From: Podarcis filfolensis
Lineage: Eukaryota
DNA length: 64,000 nucleotides
Strand: one strand, 5' to 3'
NCBI GenBank assembly: GCA_964270895.1
Contig: OZ185435.1
Part shown: piece after piece, positions 1 through 10,290 of the stretch
Position numbering within the stretch: position 1 is the first letter of the stretch
Layout: each line of letters starts with the position of its first letter
Translations under genes and position numbers: made by a program
The notes under the pieces: generated by a model
The model's input: only the letters and a program-made list of their open reading frames with translations
The model's database searches: none
What the model was told of the DNA's origin: nothing

Positions 1-1167
1 TTGGCCTGCAGAGCACAGCTCCCTAGAGCAAACCCACAATGGGAACTTAGCACCATGCCACTTGCCGCAGAGCGGAGTTTGATAAAAAGAAAGCCTGTGA
101 GTGGAGCAACGAACCTTTTTCCTCTCTATCGATTTCTATTAGTTACAATCTCTCTTGCGCCCCAGACAAACAACATCCCTAAGCTTGATCCACCTTAGAT
201 AATGGAAACTGTTAGACGAAAAGCTATTGCAGTGGTGCTATAAGCTATTATGTGTATTGATCTGTCAGTGCTTTCATCAGATGTATTTGCCAACTTTGCA
301 GGGGCATATATCTTGGCCTCACACATATATATCACAAAGGATTGAAAAGCAAGTTCTCCCAACAACAGGAATAAAGAAAAAAATTACATTTTTAACTGTT
401 TACAGAGGGATACCCTATGTTAGTGTGCCTCCAGACTTTTAGAATTTTGCAGGTGGAATTCAGTTGCATACCAGAGCTTTAGGTTTGTGCCTCTGATGTG
501 GTTTAAAGAGCTCTGCTGCCCTAGCACAATAAATAAAAAAATAAATCAGATTTTTTGTGGTTTGGAAAGTGACAGGGAAAGGCATTGAAAAGAGTGGGAT
601 GAACAAAGGTCTTACAAGGGAGTAAGCATCACTGAATACAATGGCACAATGGCAAACACTATAATGATACAATCCAAGTTCTCCTTTTTCATATTCCATT
701 TAAGTTCCACGGCTGACTCTAGATTTCCCACAACAAAAAAAGTAACAAATCATATAAGGTTAACAAAGTTTCCTCTAATCGGGCATGAGCATGTGCCCTG
801 AGGTTATTAAACTGGGTGAGAAAAAATGTTGTGGTTCTACTAGTAAGCCATTTAATGTAAGTCCATTGGCCTATTACAGCTCACAAGCAGCTCATTTTGT
901 TCATGATATGAAGGAAAAACCAACACATTTTACACTTCTCATTGGACTAAGGCATGTTAACTTGTCCTGGAAAACAGATTATTGGAGGGGCAATTGCCCT
1001 CCTGCTGTCTCTGGCAAATGACTTTGTCAGTGCGACTCAGCTCTTCACAACAGAATAAAAGAAATGGGATGAAGGAAAGACTCTTCTATCATAAGGCGAA
1101 AAATGCAGTGGAAGGATGGATAACAAACTGTGTGTGTGGGTAGATAGATAGACGTTAAAATGGTTAC

Positions 1168-1384
1168 CTCTCCAAATTCTTCATAGTTCTGCTCCAAGTA
1201 GGTGGTCCCTTTCTTTTCCTGGGACGACTCCCCGTGGAGTTCGGACTGATCGCTCTCACTTTCGTTTGTCTTCCGGCTGTTCTCATGCATCTCGTTCTCA
1301 GACTCTTCTATATTGTCCCTTTCAGATTTGTCTGAGAAAGCATCGTTCTCTAGGTGGTGGTTCTCCAGAGCTGACTCATTAAAG
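1168..1384 (-). CDS. OSBPL5: OSBPL5 coding exon 8 (217 nt; acidic linker)
   Basis: Acceptor gtgtctttcag|C; (H)FNESALENHHLENDAFSDKSERDNIEESENEMHENSRKTNESESDQSELHGESSQEKKGTTYLEQNYEEFGE; donor GAG|gtaacc; ends in phase 0. Confidence 0.95.
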
Positions 1385-2686
1385 CTGAAAGACACAGATG
1401 GTTACAATTCCTTAGGGTAATCTGTCTGTAGCATGAAAATGGTAGTTTTTTCTCAACCCAGAAACGTTCTTGCTCCTCCTTAACAAGCAACTCTCAATCT
1501 TGATTGATTCTAGATCCTGCTGTCCGCAAGGGTAGGTATGCTTACTTAACATGCATTTGCAAATCCTTGACTTAAGTCATCCACCCCTTTTTCCTCCATG
1601 CACATGCCCCAGGTGAATGAAGAAGGAAGTGGTGATTACAATTTTGGTATACACCCACCCAGAATGCGGTTGGGCAGGTGTGGCTACACTCCCCATTGCC
1701 AGGACCCCCTTCATCTGTTTTCAAATGGAAAACTTGCATGGTAACACAAAGCCAATCTGCTAGCAGCTTTTATTTTGGGAATGAAATCAGTTTCTCAAGA
1801 AGCACTTTCCAGAGGCAAACACTACACAATGGATCTAGATCGTGTGTGGACTACATCAAAAAACCAAGTCCTCTGTCTCCACTGATTCTAGAAGAAGATG
1901 TTGTGTGTACGTAGCCTGAGTTTCAAGGTGCTGGAAGTCTTGTAAGATATGGTTGCTCACCAGATCCAAGGATCATAAGCAATGTAGTGTGGCTCTGCAG
2001 TGCCATTTGGAGTCTCTCAAGAAATGTTTCACATAATTGGAAGCCCCAGAGCCCAACAACAGTTCAGAGCAGGAAAGGAATGCAGGAAGCTGGTAGGGCA
2101 TCCCTCACAGATCCCCACCCAGCCTCTGCTTAAACACCCCAAGGAAAGAAGAATTGGCTGAGGGTACTTTAGATTTTGGTTATTATTAGGACTGTTACCT
2201 GATAAAAGAAAATTTAGTCAATTTATCCTACAAGTGTGAATTAGTCAATCCAAGGGCACCGACTTGCCCCCCCCCACTGCAGGTGGGCATCAAATGACGT
2301 GTCACATTACACATCACATGACGCATTCCGCCCCCACCTAGCGCACAAGCACTTGCACACTGGGCTAGGACACACGGGCATCCTGCCGCTGTGATGCCAG
2401 CACTCGTGCACTGGGTGGAAAATGGGGAGCATGGAGCTGGGCTCCATGCTCGGCCTCCTCCTCCTTGCGTGACATCAGTGGGGAGAAGGTGGTGGGGCAG
2501 GGCCACAGGATTTGGGGGGAGCACAGCCCCCTCCTTGAAAAATTTGGGGGGGCTGAAGACCCCTCATCACTTGGCACGCAGAAAGACTTTTGCCAGTTCT
2601 CACAATTATTTTCAAGGCATTGTTCCACTGTATTCATTGTTAAAGCCAGTCCTACAAATGAAAAACAACCAGAGATTAATTATGAT

Positions 2687-3568
2687 CAGTGGCGTAGCGT
2701 GGGGGGTGCCAGGGGTGCCGGCCGCACCGGGCGCAACATCTGGGGGGGGCGCGAGTCCAGAGGGAAGGGACAAGTTCCTTCCTCCGCCGGGCTCCCCGCC
2801 GCCGCCGCCAGCCTTGCGCCCTAGCGCGCCCCCCCCCCCGCCGCCGCCGCTGCGGCTGCGCTCCACTCACTGCTCGCAGGAGGAGCAGCCGCTGCAGCAG
2901 CGCCGACGCCGCCACCGACGCCTGGCCGGGCACCGGCAGCCTCCGCACCCCGATGCCGACGCCGGCGCCATCCCCTCGGCCCAGCCACAGGCGGCGGCTG
3001 CTTCTGCCGACTGGGAGGGAGGAGAGCTCCGAGGGGCCTCGACGCGCCCTGCCCTCCCCAAAACCCTCCGAGAGGAAGCCGGCGGGCGGGCGAGGGTCTC
3101 CCGTCGGAAGGGGGCGCCGCTGGCTCCGGCTCTCAGCGCAAGTCTCAGCCGCGGGGGAGGGGGGGCGAGGACGGAGCTCGGCTGGAAGCCCCCGGACCCG
3201 GCCGGGAGGAGGAGAGGCGCTCGCCAAGCCCGGATCTGGAGCGCCTCGGAGCGCGGGCTCCACCTACAGCCCAAGGAGACGAGGGGGCGGGGAGGCGCCC
3301 GAGGGGAGGGGGCTTCGGCTGCCTCGGCCCGCGGGGGCTCCGCAAATAATAAATTTAATAAATTCCTGCTGAGCCTTTGGGGGGGTCTTTGGCTCCTTCG
3401 CTCGCCCCCAGCCCCAGTGGCGTAGCGTGGGGGGTGCAGGGGGGGCCGGCCGCACCGGCCGCAACATCTGGGGGGGGCGCGCTCGCACTCGAGTGCTAAA
3501 ATCCACGGGTTAAGGGGCGCAAATTACTTGCCTTGCCCCGGGTGCTGACAACCCACGCTACGCCACTG
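2687..3568. mobile_element. Composite non-autonomous hAT-type DNA transposon (882 bp) with GC-rich interior
   Basis: TIRs CAGTGGCGTAGC / GCTACGCCACTG; perfect 8-bp TSD ATTATGAT at 2679-2686 and 3569-3576; a second copy of the ~68-bp left end begins at 3415. Confidence 0.92.
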
Positions 3569-4721
3569 ATTATGATTGAAAATGTGTGGCTGGCATGAAA
3601 GACTCTCCAAAAACCATGAGAAGCTTTACTGAGAGGCTTTACAGTTGCATGTTAATCAAACAGAGTGATTTCAGGCTTTGCGCCAAGCCACATCTCTACC
3701 ATCTTTCAATAATATGCCCACTTGCATTAGCAAAATTAGCCTTCCGTTCAGTTTTATCTCAGAAGAGAACTGTCATGAATAAGGCTTAGAATCAACCAAA
3801 TCTGAAATAAAGGCATACAGCAACATATTGCAACTCCACTTTAAAAGTCAAGTGAAGAGACCTCTATGTCAGTATCTCATACTTTGTAGCATGGTAGTTC
3901 ATTTATGTGTTTTGCTCAAGGATCATATATTTGATTTACTGCTTTGAGCTCATGCAACTAAAGTTTTTTAAAAAATGCCTACAGTCCAACTTTTTCATAG
4001 ATAATTATTATGGTCTCTTTCTATTATGAAAAATGCCCCCTATCCCCAATCTGAAGGGCATGATAGAGAAGGAATATTTATTCCACAAGGCAGGATAGGA
4101 TAGATCTGGTTTCCCAAATCACTCATGCTCTTTGGCCCAGTTCATACTGGCAAACAACTGGGGACTGACCATGTTGGAATTTAAACTGCAGGGGGAGCTG
4201 GTCCACGTGGGAATCATTTGCAAAGCACATGCCACTAAGTTTTGAAAGTTTACAGTAGTAAATCTGTGTGATGTGTGTTATAAGTCTAAACAGAAAACAG
4301 CACATACATATGGACAGCCACATGAAACAATTTAAACAAAGTTTGGATCAAGCCCTGGAGTCTAGTTGTTTGCACCAACTGGGACTTCCTGAACAACAGC
4401 TACTGTGCTCCAAAGGGCAACCTAAGCTGGTCCTTTATCTGGATTTTGGAGACGAAAAGGATCCCCACCACTGGCATATGAGAACTTTAGGGTTGCATAT
4501 GTAAGGTGAATTAAAGTGCTCTGTCACCTGTGTGCAACTAACCCGCTTTCTTTTTAAAACGCAGACGTTTTGCCATTTGGAAAGTGATGGGAAAATGTAT
4601 TGAAAAGTGTTGGATGAACAAATGACTAACGGGAACACATGTAAACACCTTGCAAGCAATTAGGGTGAATGTAGAATGTGTCCTCGTTGTCGGATAATTA
4701 ATCCACAAACTGCTCAGAATG

Positions 4722-5013
4722 ACAGTGGAACGGATTCCCTCAGAAGGCTGTGGACTCTCCTTCACTGGGGGATTTTAAGCAGAGGTTGGATGACCATCTG
4801 TAATGGATGCTTTAGCTGAGATTCCTGCATTGCAGAGGATTGGACTAGATGACCATCCTAGGGTTGCCATATTTTGAAGAGCAAAAAAGAGGACACATTT
4901 GCTGACTTCTAATTTTAACCATGGATTGCTCTGACGCATGAAAAAGAGGACATGTCCTGGAAAAAGAGGACATATGGCAACCCTTCCAGCTCTACAATTC
5001 TAGGATTCTATGA
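4722..5013 (+). mobile_element. CR1-type LINE 3' end, interrupted by a MITE
   Basis: Typical sauropsid CR1 terminus: gtggactctccttcactg...ggactagatgacc...cccttccagctctacaattctaggattctatga. Confidence 0.75.
4860..4984. mobile_element. hAT-type MITE nested in the CR1 tail
   Basis: Inverted termini AGGGTTGCCATA / TATGGCAACCCT and repeated internal AAAAGAGGACA motif; no clean TSD. Confidence 0.75.
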
Positions 5014-5485
5014 ATGCTTAGCAAAGACTGGATGCAGTCTAACCACCATGTAAGTGTTGTGCAAGCAAAACAGGACAAATGCTCAATAACAGGTTGTCTG
5101 CAGGGGCCCTTGTTTGCAACAGATGGGGCGAAGTACTAGTTTCACTTGATTCTCTAGACGCAGAGAATTTTTTCCTGCCTCTCTGAATAAAGAGACACTG
5201 CTGTATTTGGAACAGATTGACTGAAAGCAGATAAAACCTTTATCTGTAATCCCTGGAAATATTAATACTGCATGATGGGTTACCAGATTTTAAATGGAGC
5301 ATCCCTTAGACTGTGAGAGCAGCACAGACCAGGAAGCAGGCACACCCCTGATTTCAGAACCCTCAATCTCCATGGCATCTGCTGAACAGGCACCCCAGCT
5401 TTTGAAATTTTGATCTGACAACCCTGATTAATGACCAGACAGACATCAGAGGTAAACAGTCACAGTAGAGGCAGATGCTAAATCC

Positions 5486-5524
<39 letters not shown>

Positions 5525-5565
5525 CAGGGAGAGAGAGCGAGAGAGAGAAAGAGAGAGAGAGAGAG
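5486..5565. repeat. Compound (TG)n(GA)n microsatellite
   Basis: Read directly. Confidence 0.95.
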
Positions 5566-5691
5566 CTTATGGGAGTAGAATAGCCTGGTTCTATTTCATA
5601 TACAATTTAGAATTATAAAATGAGTGCAGCAATGTATAAACCCAACCTAAAGCAGACATGAAAATTCAGAGGAAAAATTCCCATTAGCAAC

Positions 5692-5714
5692 CAGCAGCAG
5701 CAGCAGCAGCAGCA
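5692..5714. repeat. (CAG)7 intronic microsatellite
   Basis: Read directly. Confidence 0.9.
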
Positions 5715-6319
5715 AGTCTTTGTAACTGACAGAAAAGACTTAATGCTAGTGCTACTTGGAACAGAGGTGTAAGTTTGGAGCAATCCCTGTATGGGCATTC
5801 CAATAACTGAAAGTAATTACGATTACTTTCTCTTGTGTAGTCACCCAGCACAGGAAGGCAGCACTAGCTGGGGAGCGAATTCTTCCATGGAGGATGACCA
5901 ACTTATTGAAGACACAATGTCTGCTTCTTTAATTTCCAAGCATAATTTAAATAAGCTGAAGAAAGCATTACATGTAATTAAATGACTTACTAATAATAAC
6001 ATGTCAGCTTAATTGGCTTAATTCCCCAAGGGGAAGATGTTTAACTGAAGGATTTGATCCCATCACGGAACACTGTGCCAGTGATAAATCTTCTGCTAGC
6101 ACTACCTGGATATTTGGGGAGAAATGCTACTCCTTGGAAGCGATCTACACTTAGTTTCTGCAGTTAAATCTGTATCCCGTCCTGATGTCTAGGTGACAGA
6201 TTTTTACTCACAGGCTCACTATTTAGAAAGCAATGGATGTTGTTATGAATGTTTATGTTGAATGTTAGGAACACACACCTGAACAGAGAATTTTGTGTGT
6301 GTGTGTTATGCCTGGGAAC

Positions 6320-6490
6320 ATAAAAAAAGAGCCCTGTTGGATCAGACTAGCAGCCTATCTTGCCCAGCATCCTGTTTTCCCAGAAAAATTGCTTTCAGGA
6401 TATGCCCAAGCAGGGCATTAAGGCAAGAGCCCTCTCTCACTGTTGCTCCTTGGCAAGGCATGTTCAGAGGCAGACACCTTTGCCATCCTG
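6320..6490 (-). mobile_element. Degenerate CR1-like 3' fragment
   Basis: Similar to 52720-52940 (agagccctgttggatcag...cccagcatcctgttttcc...). Family assigned from recall. Confidence 0.5.
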
Positions 6491-6653
6491 ACTTTGTCCT
6501 AGTTCAAGTGAAAGGATGCTCTCATTACAAAATGGGTCTTTTACTCACTGCTACCACTTAGAAGGGATTAAAGCAGATGTATGAAACGTACTCTCAACTG
6601 CAGGAACCACTACAGAACTTCAGAATATATGCAGTAAGTGTGTACATCCTTAC

Positions 6654-6825
6654 TGAAAAAGTTCCTGATCCGAGATGGTAGCCGTGTGCAGTAGGTTGTA
6701 CAGGCCAGCATGCGAAGAATCAGCTGAGCAATTCAACTCTCCATCTTTTCCTTGCTTGGATGCACTGAGCCTGAAGAGGCTTGAGCAACGCAAGGCCAGT
6801 TCCAGAGCATCCAACCAACACCGGC
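6654..6825 (-). CDS. OSBPL5: OSBPL5 coding exon 7 (172 nt; end of PH domain and linker)
   Basis: Acceptor tgtttttatag|; (G)RCWLDALELALRCSSLFRLSASKQGKDGELNCSADSSHAGLYNLLHTATISDQELF+CA; donor CA|gtaagg; ends in phase 2. Confidence 0.96.
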
Positions 6826-9800
6826 CTATAAAAACACAAACACAGAGGTCAAATAGGAAAATGCAGAATGCTCCCTTGACTGCTTCCCATTTCGTGTATC
6901 CAGACATTTAATCCATATCGAGAGAGACAACGGATACAGTACACAGCAAAGATTTCAAATGTCCTGAAAGCAATGAGACTTGATGGCTGCAGAGTAAGTG
7001 TTACCATTTGATACGCAGTTCCTCTCTTCAATATTAATAGCTTTTTACATCCTCCAGGTGATGGCCCAAATCTGAAATATTTCAGGATACAATTTGTCCC
7101 TAAAAGTTTACCCTCATCTAAAACAACAATAGGCAGATCACGTATAGAGTGCATTTTAAATCTATACATCGTTTCCGGTCTTGGTATTTGTGGTTTACAT
7201 GCCACTCAAATTACTGAGATTCTCACAGTTTTACACTGTAATGGATACTAAATATTAAAATACTCAAGCTGTGCAAAGTAACATGATCCAAGTAGCTGCC
7301 AGAGGAGTTGCCACATCAGTTTCATTCAGCAAATCACTGTCCAGTACCTCAAAATACTGACACATTTATTATGGCATTGCTTTTACAAGGACAATAAAAT
7401 CTGTGTTTCCCCATTTATAGTTTTCTTCCATTTCCACTTAGTTTTCTACCCCCATCTTCCCCACTTCGGAAAGCCTGCTCCTCACTTCAGAGTGCCCTCT
7501 GTGGGAATGTGTGGCAATTTCTGAGCAAAGTCCTCATTTACATTTTGCTAAATCAAATGGATTTAAGCTGCCCAGGAACCCTGAAACGCAAGACAAACTG
7601 TGTGGCTTCCTACCCATTCTATTCCTCATGTACTCTCAAGAGTGGTACATTTAAAATGTACCATGTAGCATTTCCCCCCCTAAGCTAGTGTCTAATAGTG
7701 ACTGATACCCTGGCATTTGCTTTGGGGGAATCTTCCTATGCAGGCAAACAAAGATTAGTGCTTGAGCCTATCCTACTTCCTCACTGGTGCAAAGCTACAA
7801 GGCAAGTACATGCAATTGGTTTCCAGTTTCACTAGTGATAAAGTGACGTGCATTCAGAAAAGCTCCTTAAACCTGGTGGCATATAATTGGATACATAATG
7901 CTTCAGTTTTAGAAATAGTCTCCCAGGCATTATTTCAGGGTTTGTTTTTTTAATAAAAGAAATCTATAAAACCTTCAGCCTGCTCAATCAAGCAAATGCT
8001 AGGGTTAAAAATAAAATGTCACCAAGTAAAGAAAATAACACCAAAGGGCATCATTATAAACAGGAAACAAATGGTTCTGCATATAGGACCAAACAGCTCA
8101 AAAAGCGTAAGACAGACGGTGGTGAAATACTGATTTTCATATTGTACTGCAAAACTCCCCTATGCCCTCCCTTCGAAATGCAACTCTAGAATGGAAGAGG
8201 GCCTCTCTCGCTTCCAAATGAGTGCCTTCCCTCAATAGCAAGCATAATTTTCTCTCCCAGAAACTTGTACTGTACTCTCAGACTTGCAGCAACCAGTTCC
8301 TGTCCATGAGGCTATATTTGGAGGATAACATCTGGGACACCTGCCAATGTGGAGCCACTTTCTGGATCTAAACCAGACAACACAGACAGACTCACCCCAT
8401 CTCTCTTCCTCTCCCCCAATAGGTGGCATGGAGTGGGTTGTAACTTTGATGAGGCTTTCCCCACTTTTATAAGCTGTCATCCATCAAAATGGCTTCCAAA
8501 CTTGCTGTTTGTGAGGCATGATTCAACCATATATAGGCAAATATACGTAGTCTGTGTGGTTCAGTGGATTGTCACTCCCGTGCAACAAAACAGCTTACGT
8601 ATAAACCTTGTCATTTTTGTGGTAAGAAAAGCGATGGGCAATGTACTGGAAAGTAGGGATAATGACAACGCTGGGCATATAATCTCGGTGCAGACAAAAT
8701 GGAATGAATGCCATATAATCTCCCTGTAAATTTTGTGCAAACAAATCAGGATAAATACTCAACCAACAGACCATCTGCAAGGACCCTTAAGCAGGTAAAG
8801 AGGTCCACTGTAAGCTGAAGCTTTTGGGTCCTCACCCTTCCAAAGAAGAGAGAATAAACCTGGGGTTTTCAGCCTAAGGAGGGGCTTCTGTTAACTGCTA
8901 CATTTGGAAGGAGGCAATGACGAGAGCAAGGGATGTTTCCAATACAGTAAGCCCACAACTTACACACATTTAATTTGTGCACATTCAGCTGTATGCACAT
9001 GATAAGTAAGTAAGGAGCAGAAAGGGGGCAGGGTTCTGGGAAAAATAACTTTGGCAACCCCACCCACCACTGAACCCAATGTGCTTTGACTATATGCAAT
9101 TTTGGTCTCAAGTGCAATCCCTGGAACATAACCCCCACATAAATTGTGGGTTTATATCAAAGCTAGTAGGCATTCATATATGAGTCAGTATGGGTGACTG
9201 CATTTAGGAGTGAGTAAAAAGGGGAATGGATGCATAAAGAGACAATATTTAAAGACTGCAGAAGTATGTGAATTTTTATTTGTCCATATCCTATTTTTAA
9301 ACTTGCCAGGTTTTACAGGTATGCGGTATCATGACAAGTGGTTCAGCTACTGGACTTAAGGCCCTGCATTTAGACCACGGACTGCGTTGTCTTCTGCACC
9401 TTCTTGCATTGGCTTTCTGGTTGGAAGTGTTCCTCCAACCATCGTATTGTGAAACACTTGCTCTAAAAAACTGACTTCAACAGATAAAGGGTAAATCAAT
9501 GTAGGGCGATACTCCCTTGTGTCCTACAGGTGGTGCTGTGCTTTTAGAATCAACTACATCTGCTGAACTGAAGGATTAAAACTAAAATCTGGAGGCCGCC
9601 AACAACAACACCACCTCCTCCATTGGAACCCACACTGAGCCATGTCCTTCAGATTTGCCAGCAAAATAAACCGAAGCAATGATGCTGGAACCCGATGAAA
9701 GAAGTCACAGAAGAGTGATTTTGATACCTTTCAAGTTGGATAATCACGTAACACTAACGTAATGAAAGAGAGCTGCACAGGAGCAGGCAGCACAAGACTT

Positions 9801-9959
9801 TATTACGTGTCCTCTTCCCCTCACTACTGCTCTGTCAAGATATCTGAAATATTCACTGAAGTGAGCAACATACTGATGGCACCTAGACCCATATCTCCTA
9901 ATGATGGCTCCCAACAGCTTCATACAGGTATTTAAAAAACATTGGAGATAAAACAGTAC

Positions 9960-10290
9960 TCCATACATAACTGCCATGGTTATTTCTGGACAGTAACTCT
10001 ATAGGAAGGGCAGAAAAGGACATACTGGAGGTGGTGTCACTCTGTACAGTAAAAAGCATTGAGTCCAGCAAGTGAGAAATCCCAAAAGGGACCGATTCCT
10101 CCACAGAAGCATCACTGGTTGCGATAACAGGCCCCAGCATTAATTTAGGGAGACATGTTATACCACCCCCCTGATCAAAATCTTCAGGGAGATCTTGAGA
10201 TGAAGAATGAAATCAAGGAACACTCCGAAAAAAGAGACATTGTAGTGATTTCAACTACCTTCACACAGACTGGCTACATATGCCTTCCAG
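9960..10290 (+). mobile_element. Decayed CR1 ORF2 endonuclease (APE) fragment
   Basis: Translating across frameshifts gives LYRKGRKGHTGGGVTLY...STEASLVAITG...YHPPDQ...EMKNEIKEHSEKRDIVV...FNYLHTDW, matching CR1 EN motifs (RxDR.GGGVALYV, YRPP, GDFNYP.IDW). Confidence 0.75.

Noticed and set aside
1-1167. Next OSBPL5 exon (start of the ORD domain)
   Set aside because: No VETVSEENKSL-like sequence found on the minus strand; it must lie outside the window.
2391-3506. Cluster of long overlapping ORFs (up to 344 aa) on both strands
   Set aside because: They run across TE boundaries, are low-complexity (Pro/Arg/Gly/Ala) and are expected from extreme GC content; none resembles a protein family I recognise.
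5692-5714. (CAG)n as a polyglutamine exon
   Set aside because: No splice sites or open frame consistent with OSBPL5 or another gene; intronic microsatellite.
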